Source: Methanothrix sp.
Lineage (GTDB): Archaea; Halobacteriota; Methanosarcinia; Methanotrichales; Methanotrichaceae
DNA length: 33,967 nt
Direction of reading: 5' to 3'
Assembly (NCBI GenBank): GCA_040770465.1
Contig: JAXGJB010000033.1
Coordinates: 1-33,967 of the forward strand
The position numbers and the translations under genes were made by a program. The notes beneath the pieces are model-generated. The model searched no databases. It was not told the DNA's origin and saw only the letters and a list, made by a program, of their open reading frames with translations. Of the stretch, positions 1-11,380 are shown one piece after another (position 1 is the first letter of the stretch; each line of letters begins with the position of its first letter).

Positions 1-704
<704 letters not shown>

Positions 705-794
705 GGAGGTAAGGGGAGAAGGCTCGAAAGATGAAGGCAGATGCATTGGGTCTGGATCTGTGATATTCTTATCTTGGTTTATGCAAAAAGTGCA

Positions 795-830
795 TTTGGG
801 TGGAGAGGTGGAACACCCCGCCACCCAGAT
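795..830. terminator. Imperfect GC-rich hairpin downstream of the 863..1798 gene
   Basis: TGGGTGG-AGA-GGTG-GAA-CACC-CCG-CCACCCA inverted repeat about 35 nt past the stop codon. Confidence 0.35.
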
Positions 831-862
831 TGAAGACGCCACATCAGGTTTCCAATGGCTAC

Positions 863-1798
863 CTATAATGTGCTGTTTGCCGCAAGAATCTCGATGGTCG
901 TATTATCAGCTTGTTCGATTGGTGCGATTAGCTCATAAAGTGCGGCCATTGGCAACGACCTAGTTTCATCAATATTTACTGTTTTTATATCGTCGCTGTA
1001 TAGCTTCATCTTGTCATCCGAGGGCGATGTCACTGCATAAATCCACATAGTGTGCTCGTTACCGATGCCCCATGAATGCAGCCTATGAATTCCAGGAGCG
1101 ATTTTCTGAGTAACGTCAACCGGATTTACCCTTACGTAAAGATCGCCCTTACTGCATTCTTCGGGAACACAAGAAATTCCACCAGGAGCAAAGGAATTAT
1201 AATTCATACATGTTACGGCATCACAGCCGGAAACTTCGTCCCCATCTATCGAGTAATGCTGTCCGTATGATAGGATCTCATCTTCCCAGTAGTCAGTCTC
1301 TGCATAATCTGAACCACTTACAGATAATTTTGCTTCCTCTATGGTACAGTTGGGAACGAATAGGTTCAGATCGAATTCGTCATCGAAATCGTAGGCTATC
1401 ACGCGATACATGTAGGGATCGTCTACATAGTATACACGAGGTGAGTCAGAGAAACTGCCTCCAGCAGCCTCTACTAAGTCTTGGGCTCTATACAAGTCGC
1501 GAAGTATTACTTCTCTCATATCAAGACTGAATGCAGAAGAACTCGCTATGACTACTGTACCATCATCTTTAAAAATAGCCCAGCTGCCAGTGTCTTTGTA
1601 CACCAAAACAATGCCTTTTTCATCATGATCAACTATGTCGTAAATCATATGGAATTCATCAGCTTTCGAGTAAAGAGTTTCAAAATTGACGGATATTCCT
1701 GTTGTCGACACCGCTGACCTGAATTCAGGATACTCTACCGCACTTGCTCCGAGTGTCATACATAATACGCACACGACTATGCCGAAGATTTTCATCAT
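863..1798 (-). CDS. Secreted acidic hypothetical protein
   Basis: 311-aa ORF with a signal peptide (MMKIFGIVVCVLCMTLGASA), GGAGG RBS, Asp/Glu-rich composition, a Cys cluster (CDAVTC...CVPEEC) and NxT sequons. More AT-rich than the core genes. Confidence 0.8.
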   Translation of the reverse strand: MMKIFGIVVCVLCMTLGASAVEYPEFRSAVSTTGISVNFETLYSKADEFHMIYDIVDHDEKGIVLVYKDTGSWAIFKDDGTVVIASSSAFSLDMREVILRDLYRAQDLVEAAGGSFSDSPRVYYVDDPYMYRVIAYDFDDEFDLNLFVPNCTIEEAKLSVSGSDYAETDYWEDEILSYGQHYSIDGDEVSGCDAVTCMNYNSFAPGGISCVPEECSKGDLYVRVNPVDVTQKIAPGIHRLHSWGIGNEHTMWIYAVTSPSDDKMKLYSDDIKTVNIDETRSLPMAALYELIAPIEQADNTTIEILAANSTL

Positions 1799-1913
1799 TC
1801 TCTCCTCCCACGTTGCTCAAAGCATCTATATCACATAGCATATTATCTTAGCAATAAATGTTTGGATCAAAGATCGTCGTCGAGGATGAGAAGGATAAAA
1901 GGGCAGATCCTTC

Positions 1914-3191
1914 TCAGATCCATTTCACTTCGCCATAGGACCACTTTATGTGCTCTTCGGGGTTTGAGCCGCTAAAGTCAACCATGAGGCTTGCCAAACC
2001 AATCGTAGATGATGAAACCATAGCCTCCAATTTCAACTGGTAGAGGTGGTCTTTCATCAATTCGGCTTCGATCTCACCGGTCGGCCATTCATCTATGTAC
2101 TCGTCCAGTAAGGATTCATCCTCGAAAGCCGTTGAGTAGATGAGCACCTTGTCGACGACGAAATCCTCAGTCTTGTCCTCCAAGGTCATGTATACTCTGA
2201 GATCAGCTGAACTCTTGAAGAGGTCCATCGGTAATAAACCACCTAGATCAGACACACCGGCGGTTGCGATCCCCCCTTTGACATGACACTTTAGAACAGC
2301 CCTGCAAAGATGAGTCTCCCTGTCATAAACAAACTCGTCCCAGACCGTTCCGGAGGCCCAGTGGTTGCTAAAACCCGTATCATCACAGAACAGCATTATA
2401 CGCTCGCCCTGGATACTAGAATTGCTGCGCCCGTCTCCAGATCCACCATGATTGCTGACCCCCGAGGTTACGGTGGTGCTTCGCCGGTGGAAGGGCTCCG
2501 GCACGACCGCGGGCTCGATAGATGTTTCAGATTCGTTGATCACGTATTCATGATCACTGCTGGCTGAAGCGGATCCTTTTGAGATTTCTCTCTGGGGAGG
2601 TGCCACTATCACGTTATCGAGCCCCTCAAGATCCTTTCCGTCGCTGTACTCTCCCCGGATCAAGATCCTGTCCACGTGCTCCATCGTCTCCAGGAACTCG
2701 CTCTCGTTGACCCCGAAGAAATCCGCCACCAGCGGTATCTCGTAATGGGTCCAAGCTCCCATTTCAGGCTCAACGGGCCAGGGGGCAGTGGATCCAGGCC
2801 AGGCCACGAAGGAGCCGTTGGGACCGTATATCTTCAGGATGTCAGAGAAGTTCAGGTTGATGCCGTCATCGTCATCGATGAGCCTGATGTCGAAGCTCAA
2901 TAAATCTCCAACGTGAGCAGTCCAGTTCCCAGACCAGGATTCGGGGGAGACGTAGTACCAAGTCTCGTTCTCGTCCGCATCCTCGCCGAGGAGAAAGCCG
3001 CCGGGATTTCCACCCCGCTCCATCCAGGATAAGTTGGCTCCGCCCTCAGAGCGCCACAACTCGTCCGATTGATCAAAGGTGAATCCTTCGACCACATCGG
3101 CTACGATCCCGTTCTCTTCGTCCTGGGCCATCGATGGCAATAGCGACAAAAGAGCCGCAAGGGCCAATATAAGAATCCACCTCTGTCTCAT
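1914..3191 (-). CDS. Secreted protein with laminin domain-IV (laminin B)-like beta-sandwich and an unknown C-terminal domain
   Basis: Signal peptide MRQRWILILALAALLSLLPSMA preceded by GGAGG (start 3191 preferred over 3212). Motif string GGNPGGFL...WYYVSPESWSGNW...LSFDIR...ILIRGEY...EGLDNV is typical of prokaryotic laminin-IV-like domains. A Ser/Thr/Gly-rich linker follows. Confidence 0.75.
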   Translation of the reverse strand: MRQRWILILALAALLSLLPSMAQDEENGIVADVVEGFTFDQSDELWRSEGGANLSWMERGGNPGGFLLGEDADENETWYYVSPESWSGNWTAHVGDLLSFDIRLIDDDDGINLNFSDILKIYGPNGSFVAWPGSTAPWPVEPEMGAWTHYEIPLVADFFGVNESEFLETMEHVDRILIRGEYSDGKDLEGLDNVIVAPPQREISKGSASASSDHEYVINESETSIEPAVVPEPFHRRSTTVTSGVSNHGGSGDGRSNSSIQGERIMLFCDDTGFSNHWASGTVWDEFVYDRETHLCRAVLKCHVKGGIATAGVSDLGGLLPMDLFKSSADLRVYMTLEDKTEDFVVDKVLIYSTAFEDESLLDEYIDEWPTGEIEAELMKDHLYQLKLEAMVSSSTIGLASLMVDFSGSNPEEHIKWSYGEVKWI

Positions 3192-3284
3192 AATAATCTC
3201 CTCCATTTGCATGAACGAATGTGACGATTGGCAAAAAATGTTTCTATGTCGGCCTTTTTCAGAGAAGAGTCATATCAACAGCCG

Positions 3285-3668
3285 TCACCATTCCCCCAGC
3301 TTCGCCTGCCTTTCGCCGCCCGCCTCGCCCACCTCCGGCACCGAGACCCCCAGCTCCACCTCGAACCACTCCGCCACCAGCCGCCGATGGCAGAAGGCGC
3401 CCGGCCTCTCCCAGCAGAGGAGGACGGCGTCCTCGCCGAGGTCGGCATAGACCGTGTTGGGGTCGAGCTTCGAGAGGACTTCTTCCCGGTAGCGCCGAAT
3501 GTACTCGTCCTCGTCGATGGCGCCGCTCTTCGCCTCCTGCACCAGGCGCCAGGAGGGCGCCAGCGGCTCGTACGCGCGGCCGGTCCAGCCGCGGGGCTGG
3601 GTCCGGGAGATGGCGACGGCCCTGGGGTGCGAGCCGGAACGGGAGAAGTTGGAGGTCTGCATATCCAT
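3285..3668 (-). CDS. DUF488 family protein
   Basis: Motifs TSNF...AISR..P...LAPSW.L...Y...Y..EVL..LD...VLLCWE.PGAFCHRRLVAEW match the DUF488 family (LLC.E...CHR). Confidence 0.85.
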   Translation of the reverse strand: MDMQTSNFSRSGSHPRAVAISRTQPRGWTGRAYEPLAPSWRLVQEAKSGAIDEDEYIRRYREEVLSKLDPNTVYADLGEDAVLLCWERPGAFCHRRLVAEWFEVELGVSVPEVGEAGGERQAKLGEW

Positions 3669-4083
3669 CGACTGAGTCCATTTATCACTATTTATCTCAC
3701 CTTAGCGGCTTCGGCAGTTTAATGCTACCCCTTTAATTTCAGCGATTACGTCACCCGAATCATGCGAGGGCATATGCGAGGCCATACATCTACCACCACT
3801 CTGACCGAACAAAACCCTCGGCTGACTGATATGCACCAACAACACGTTGATCCGGCGAGATAATTATGCTCAACTTGGGCTAAGAGCCCGACGATCCGAT
3901 TATACTTATTCGATGAACTTATATCTCTTGAAGACCTTGTATCCCATGTTATTGAGAGATTCACCAACACATGTCGTGCATAAAATCAATTTGTTTTTGC
4001 AATGTGTAAGAGGCGTGGAGAACCTGTTAGCTGGATGCTTTAGAGAGAAAATTTAGATTTTAGAGCTAAATCAATCTCATGAG

Positions 4084-4467
4084 GTGGAATTCTCGATGGA
4101 GATGAGCAAAAAAACTGTGTTAGAAATTGTTCGCAATACCCTAAGTCCAGAGCAGATAGAGCGATCCTTCATCTACTGGGACAGACGTTCCCTCAAGAAG
4201 GGTGAACAGATCAAGGCTGGTCCACAGACCATCACAATCCCGTTTGACGGGACGATGATCTTTGTAGATCTTGCGCCCCGCTTCAATTGGGCACATCCTT
4301 GTCTCTATTTGCTTGTAAATGAGAGAGATCTGAGAACAGAAGTTGCAAAGGCGTCCTTTCCGCCTTACTCAAATAAGTTCCCTGAAACATTCATTATTAT
4401 TCTAAGATACGGGGAAGAGCCGCCGCACGAGCGCTACTTTCAAATATTTGATGAAAGAAAGATGTAG
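4084..4467 (+). CDS. Hypothetical protein; stand-alone homolog of the N-terminal domain of the downstream protease
   Basis: 127-aa ORF; the true start may be ATG 4096, after GAGGTGG. Shares IP...DLAPxxNWAHPCxY...ASFPP with residues ~1-100 of the next ORF, with a 5-nt gap between them. Confidence 0.85.
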   Translation: MEFSMEMSKKTVLEIVRNTLSPEQIERSFIYWDRRSLKKGEQIKAGPQTITIPFDGTMIFVDLAPRFNWAHPCLYLLVNERDLRTEVAKASFPPYSNKFPETFIIILRYGEEPPHERYFQIFDERKM

Positions 4468-4472
4468 ATACT

Positions 4473-6797
4473 ATGAAATTATCGCAGGCTCTAAAAGCTC
4501 AACTAAAGAGTGAAATTTTCAGTGATATCAGGGATATCAACGTAGAAAGGCGAGTAAATCTCTCCCTCTACGATGAGGTACTAAATGCCGGAAAAAAGAT
4601 TCGAGTGTTCGATAAGGAAGTCGTCATCCCTCGAAATACTGCGTTGGTAATGGCTGACCTGGCACCACAATGCAACTGGGCGCACCCTTGCCAGTACCGC
4701 TTGTACGATGCCGATACCGGGAAGCTCTATCAAAAGATGAACGCCTCGTTTCCACCCCCTCAATTTAGACGACACCCCGAACGCGTAGAGGTTTTTCACG
4801 CACCGGTCCAGCCCATAGATACCCAGAAGATGCGTGCCGTTAAGAGAGCAGCCGTGGCGCCTCGACTAAACGCGCTCGCCAACCACCCCGGAGAACGTTA
4901 TGCTATCCTGTTTTCAGGCGATTCCAACAATAGGCACGTCAACGACATCGAGTTTCTCTACCGCACGCTGATTGATGCATATAGCTTCAACGCGGCGAAC
5001 ATACATGTTCTGAATCATGATGGAACCATAAACTACGACGGAGGCCCAAAGCCGGTGGGCAACTGGCCTGGAGACAACACAGCATACCGAATGGCGGTCA
5101 ACGGGCAGGGAACTAGAGCAGCTTTCCAAGCAACCCTAGCCACCCTGGCCACTCAAATACGTCCCGAGGATCTGCTCTTTATCCACACAAATAACCACGG
5201 CGGCGGTCCTTGCGATGGAGTAAACGACTACTGTCTTTGCGCATATGATGCCGCCCTCGATTGGGTCGCATATTACGTAAACGATTTTGTTGCTGATCTT
5301 GGCGTCCTGCCCCGTTTCGATGTGCTGATGGTGATGATGGAACAGTGCCGATCCGGAGGCTTCATCAATCCAATCATCAACAACACCCCAGCTCGATGGA
5401 CTCACGTTGCAACTGCTGTCACCGCCGATGACTATTCACTGGGCGGAGCCAATTTCGACCCCTTCGCCGAAGACTGGATTGCCGGGATAGCTGGCCAGTA
5501 CCCGAACGGAGATGGGCTTACTCAGGTTGTGGATACGAATGGGGACGGACGAATATCTGCCGCGGAGGCTTTTTCCTACGCCGATGCCGTGCATCAGTAT
5601 GACGGCTATATAGCACAATATTGTCAAGGTACGCCTCTTAGATATGGTGATACTCCTACATTCTCAGAGACTCCAACCGGTGCAGGCGCGTGGATCTTCT
5701 TGGGCCTTCCTGCACACGATCTCTTCCTGCGCGATAACCTCGAAGACCACGGTCTCGAGCCCCTCATCGGTGGCGGCATCTGTTGCAGCCCAGACATTAT
5801 CATATATCGTCAACAGTTGCTCGATCCGGATGCAACTCTTCTGACGGCAGCCGCTCAGGATAATGACATGCTGGGTGAGCCAGTCGAGTATGGGCAGGAT
5901 AACTTCGTCTATTTGCGCGTGCAGAACCGCGGATCGCAGCCTACTGCTGGCAAGGTCAAAGTCTACTGGGCACCGCCTTCTGTGCTGCCAACGCCGTCAT
6001 CATGGCATTACCTTGGTGAGGCAGACATCCCAGCAGTCCCCCCTGGAGAGATGATCGTGGTCGGTCCCGTAAAGTGGGAAAAGGCGGATATTCCGGCAGA
6101 AGGACATTACTGTTTTGTGGGACTCGTTCAGAGTGGAGATGACCCTGCCCCTGACAAAGACGCGATCAACACATGGGATGAATTTTACAGGCTAATCCGC
6201 GAGAGCAATAACGTCACTTGGAAGAACTTTGACGTCTATGATACCTTCGCCAATTCTATGAATAGCCTGGAATTCCACATCCAGGGCTGGCCCAGGACAA
6301 GGCTCTCGGCCGATCTGCTGATAGATCTCTCGGAGATGCCGCGGGAAATGGAGGTCAGGCTTCGGATACTCAAACGTCTAAGCGCAACAGCTACGCTGGA
6401 AAATATGCAGCTGGAAGAGGAGTCACAACGTTACCAGAAATTCCGGGTAGATGGTGGGGCGCGTGGGTTCCTGCATGGCATGGATCTTAAGCCATCAGAT
6501 GACACCCAGGCGTGGCTTGAAGTTGTGGTCCCGGAGGGTATACCCGACGGGGCGTATCGCTTGGGTGTTGCACAGATAGTTGATGGCCTCGAAATGGGAA
6601 GGGTCACGCGCGTTCTGGCTGTAGGAGACTACAAATTCTTGGCAAACAGCAATTCAAAAGAAGTGCACGTTCCCGAGTGTGTTTGGGCACATAGAGTTGC
6701 ACCCAAAAACAAAGTTGCCTACAGTGATCTGGACCGAGCTCTGAAACACGGTTACAATGGCTGTCACTATTGTCTTCCGGAGTTCAGCACCGATTAG
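4473..6797 (+). CDS. Clan CD (C13 legumain/caspase-like) cysteine peptidase with N-terminal prodomain-like region, Ig/CARDB-like region and C-terminal Ada-like Zn-binding module
   Basis: RYAILFSG strand, LFIHTNNHGG (His242), VMMEQCRSGGF (Cys292), DTNGDGRISAAE Ca-loop, DLFLRDN..SPDI..NFVYLRVQNRG..VKVYWA..GHYCF..NNVTWKN Ig-like block, terminal NSKEVHVPEC...GYNGCHYCLP. No signal peptide. Confidence 0.85.
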   Translation: MKLSQALKAQLKSEIFSDIRDINVERRVNLSLYDEVLNAGKKIRVFDKEVVIPRNTALVMADLAPQCNWAHPCQYRLYDADTGKLYQKMNASFPPPQFRRHPERVEVFHAPVQPIDTQKMRAVKRAAVAPRLNALANHPGERYAILFSGDSNNRHVNDIEFLYRTLIDAYSFNAANIHVLNHDGTINYDGGPKPVGNWPGDNTAYRMAVNGQGTRAAFQATLATLATQIRPEDLLFIHTNNHGGGPCDGVNDYCLCAYDAALDWVAYYVNDFVADLGVLPRFDVLMVMMEQCRSGGFINPIINNTPARWTHVATAVTADDYSLGGANFDPFAEDWIAGIAGQYPNGDGLTQVVDTNGDGRISAAEAFSYADAVHQYDGYIAQYCQGTPLRYGDTPTFSETPTGAGAWIFLGLPAHDLFLRDNLEDHGLEPLIGGGICCSPDIIIYRQQLLDPDATLLTAAAQDNDMLGEPVEYGQDNFVYLRVQNRGSQPTAGKVKVYWAPPSVLPTPSSWHYLGEADIPAVPPGEMIVVGPVKWEKADIPAEGHYCFVGLVQSGDDPAPDKDAINTWDEFYRLIRESNNVTWKNFDVYDTFANSMNSLEFHIQGWPRTRLSADLLIDLSEMPREMEVRLRILKRLSATATLENMQLEEESQRYQKFRVDGGARGFLHGMDLKPSDDTQAWLEVVVPEGIPDGAYRLGVAQIVDGLEMGRVTRVLAVGDYKFLANSNSKEVHVPECVWAHRVAPKNKVAYSDLDRALKHGYNGCHYCLPEFSTD

Positions 6798-6824
6798 AGA
6801 CGAAAATGGTGTTCGCCTGCTAAA

Positions 6825-6885
6825 AATCAACTGGTGCATCCAGCCGACCGCGCTTTCGCGCGGCGGCTGAATCACATCCTTGGGA
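6825..6885 (+). mobile_element. Degenerate integron attC-like recombination site
   Basis: AATCAAC (R'') - 5 nt - CATCCAGC (L'') - CGACCGCGC TTTC GCGCGGCG - GCTGAAT (L') - 6 nt - CTTGGGA (R' with G>C). Two unpaired bases (C6840, A6847) sit at the positions expected for attC extrahelical bases; the site begins 28 nt after a stop codon. Confidence 0.55.
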
Positions 6886-7014
6886 GCAAACAGGATCGAA
6901 TTTCTTGAGTTGATCATCAATACTCCGGGCTTTGAGCCTATAAGCTGAGGCTAGACGTCAAATTGGTATTTTATCCCTGAATCTCCACGAAGAATGTAGA
7001 AAGTTGGCGGCGGC

Positions 7015-9402
7015 CTAGTTGATCCGCGCCACCGCCGCCACCTCATCCCCCTCATCGAGCCGCATGATCCGGACGCCCTGGGTCGCCCTGCCCTGGACTC
7101 TGATGTCAGAGGCGGGGATCCTGATCATCTTGCCGTCTTTGGTGGTGATCATCAGCTCGTCATCCTCGGAGACGGTCCGGGAGGCGACGACGTCCCCTTT
7201 CTTCGATTCTATGTTCTTCATCCCCTTGCCGCCCCGCCGGTGAGCCGAGTATTCGGAGAGCGCCGTCCTCTTCCCGTACCCCTGCCGTGTCACGGTGAGG
7301 AGGGCGGCCTCTGGCCGGACCACGTCCATGCAGATAACCGCGTCGTCGTCATTGAGATCTATTCCCCTAACCCCCATAGAGCCCCGGTTGCTGGGCCGGA
7401 TGTGCTTTTCGTTGAACCTGATCGCCTTGCCGCCGGCGGTGGCGATGATCAGGTCCTGGTCGCCTCCCGTGAGCCTCGCCGCGACGAGGCTATCGCCCCG
7501 GAGGTTCACGGCCTTTATCCCGCCCTTCCGGGGGTTGCTGTAGGCCCGGATCGGAGTCTTGACGACCTGACCCCTGGAGGTGGCCATGACGATGAACCCC
7601 TCGGAGTCGAAGCTCTTGACCGGGATCGCCTCGGTGATCTTCTCGTCCGCCTCCAGGGAGAGGAGGTTGACGATCGATTTTCCTCGGGCGGTCCTGCCGA
7701 AAGATGGGACGTCGAAGACCCTTAGCCAGTGGGCCTTGCCCATATCGGTGAAGAAGAGGATGTACTCGTGGGTGGTGGCTATGAAGAGGTCGGTGACGAA
7801 GTCCTCGCTCTTGGTATCCGCCCCGATTATGCCCTTTCCGCCCCGCCTCTGCTGCCGGTAGGCGGAGAGGGGCTGACGCTTGATGTACCCGTCGCTGGTG
7901 ATGGTCACCGCCACCTCCTCCTCCTGGATCAGATCCTCAAGCTCGATCTCCTCCTCAGCCTCGATGATCTGCGTCCGCCGGCCGTCGCCGTACTTTCCGA
8001 CCAGCTCTGCAAGCTCCTGCTTTATGATGTTCAGGACCTCTCGAGGATCGGCCAGGATCTCCCGGAACCGGGCGATGGCCACTTCGAGCTCTTCCTCCTC
8101 AGACCGGATCTTCCCCTGCTCAAGAGCCGTCAGCCTCTGGAGCCTCATGTCCAGGATCGCCTTCGTCTGCTCCTCGGATAGGGCGAAGGCCTCGGTGAGG
8201 GCGGCTCTCGCCTCCGCCGGCGACTCGGCCGCCCGGATCAGCTTGATGACCAGATCGATGTTACCGAGGGCTATGAGGAGCCCCGCCAGGATGTGGGCCC
8301 TCCTCTCGGCCCGGTCGAGGTCGAACCGGGTCCTCCTCTCCACCACCTCGGTCCGATGGAATACGTACTGCTCCAGGATGTCCCGGAGGGGGAGGGTCGC
8401 AGGCTGGCCGTCGACGAGAACGACGTTGATTATGCTGTACGAGGTTTCAAGCTGGGTCTGCCGGTGGAGCTGGTTCAAGACCACCTCGGGGTTGACCCCG
8501 GACCGCAGCTCGACGACGAGCCTGATCCCCTCCCGGTCCGACTCGTCCCGGAGGTCGGAGATCCCGTCGACCCGGTCAGCCTTTATCAGGTCGGCGATCG
8601 TCTCGACTACCTTCGCCTTGTTCACCTGGTAGGGTAGCTCCGTCACCACGATCTTCGGCCGCTCGCCCCGCTCGATCACCGACTTCGCCCGGAGCTTGAT
8701 TATCCCCCGGCCGGTGGCGTAGGCGGACTCGATCCCCGTGCTCCCCAGGATGTAGCCGCCGGTGGGGAAATCGGGCCCCGGCAGCTCCTCCATCAGGTCT
8801 GCAAGGGTCGCGTCGGGATCGTCGATCAGCCTCGTTATGGCTCCTGCCACCTCGTTGAGGTTATGGGGCGGAACGTTAGTCGCCATCCCCACGGCGATCC
8901 CGGCGGACCCGTTGACCAGCAGGTTCGGAAGCTTCGACGGGAGGATCGAAGGCTCCTTGAGGGATTCGTCGTAGTTGGGGACGAAGTCGACGGTATCCTT
9001 CTCGATGTCGACGAGCATCTCGCCCGCGATCTCCGAGAGGCGGACCTCGGTGTACCTCATCGCCGCCGCGGGATCGCCGTCGATGGACCCGAAGTTTCCC
9101 TGGCCGTCGATGAGGGGGTAGCGCATCGAGAAGTCCTGGGCCATCCTCACCATCGTCTCGTAGATCGCGGCGTCGCCGTGGGGGTGATACTTACCCATAA
9201 CGTCTCCGACAACCCTCGCCGACTTCTTGTAGGGCTGGTCTGAGGTCATCCCCTGCTCGTACATGGCGTAGAGGATACGCCTGTGGACGGGCTTGAGGCC
9301 GTCCCGGACGTCAGGGAGGGCCCGGCCCACGATGACGCTCATGGCGTAATCAATGTAAGAGGACTTCATCTCCGAAGTTATGTCAACGTCGATCTCCGTC
9401 AT
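7015..9402 (-). CDS. gyrA: DNA gyrase subunit A
   Basis: [29 protein letters not shown] (catalytic Tyr), GyrA-box QRRGGKG, C-terminal pinwheel repeats. Confidence 0.98.
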   Translation of the reverse strand: MTEIDVDITSEMKSSYIDYAMSVIVGRALPDVRDGLKPVHRRILYAMYEQGMTSDQPYKKSARVVGDVMGKYHPHGDAAIYETMVRMAQDFSMRYPLIDGQGNFGSIDGDPAAAMRYTEVRLSEIAGEMLVDIEKDTVDFVPNYDESLKEPSILPSKLPNLLVNGSAGIAVGMATNVPPHNLNEVAGAITRLIDDPDATLADLMEELPGPDFPTGGYILGSTGIESAYATGRGIIKLRAKSVIERGERPKIVVTELPYQVNKAKVVETIADLIKADRVDGISDLRDESDREGIRLVVELRSGVNPEVVLNQLHRQTQLETSYSIINVVLVDGQPATLPLRDILEQYVFHRTEVVERRTRFDLDRAERRAHILAGLLIALGNIDLVIKLIRAAESPAEARAALTEAFALSEEQTKAILDMRLQRLTALEQGKIRSEEEELEVAIARFREILADPREVLNIIKQELAELVGKYGDGRRTQIIEAEEEIELEDLIQEEEVAVTITSDGYIKRQPLSAYRQQRRGGKGIIGADTKSEDFVTDLFIATTHEYILFFTDMGKAHWLRVFDVPSFGRTARGKSIVNLLSLEADEKITEAIPVKSFDSEGFIVMATSRGQVVKTPIRAYSNPRKGGIKAVNLRGDSLVAARLTGGDQDLIIATAGGKAIRFNEKHIRPSNRGSMGVRGIDLNDDDAVICMDVVRPEAALLTVTRQGYGKRTALSEYSAHRRGGKGMKNIESKKGDVVASRTVSEDDELMITTKDGKMIRIPASDIRVQGRATQGVRIMRLDEGDEVAAVARIN

Positions 9403-9414
9403 CGTATATCACCA

Positions 9415-11355
<1,941 letters not shown>

Positions 11356-11362
11356 TTATCAC

Positions 11363-11380
11363 ATTATATATAACGGTTTG
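11363..11380 (-). promoter_or_regulatory. Putative BRE/TATA promoter of gyrBA
   Basis: Minus strand CAAACCGTTATATATAAT about 26 nt upstream of the gyrB ATG. Confidence 0.55.

Noticed and set aside
3079-3736. Five overlapping alternative ORFs around the DUF488 gene
   Set aside because: Low-complexity Arg/Pro/Ala translations from very GC-rich DNA; only 3285..3668 has family motifs.
3962-4032. Possible upstream attC ending at GTTAGCT
   Set aside because: CACCAAC and GTTAGCT are present, but the L boxes and stem symmetry do not fit attC geometry.
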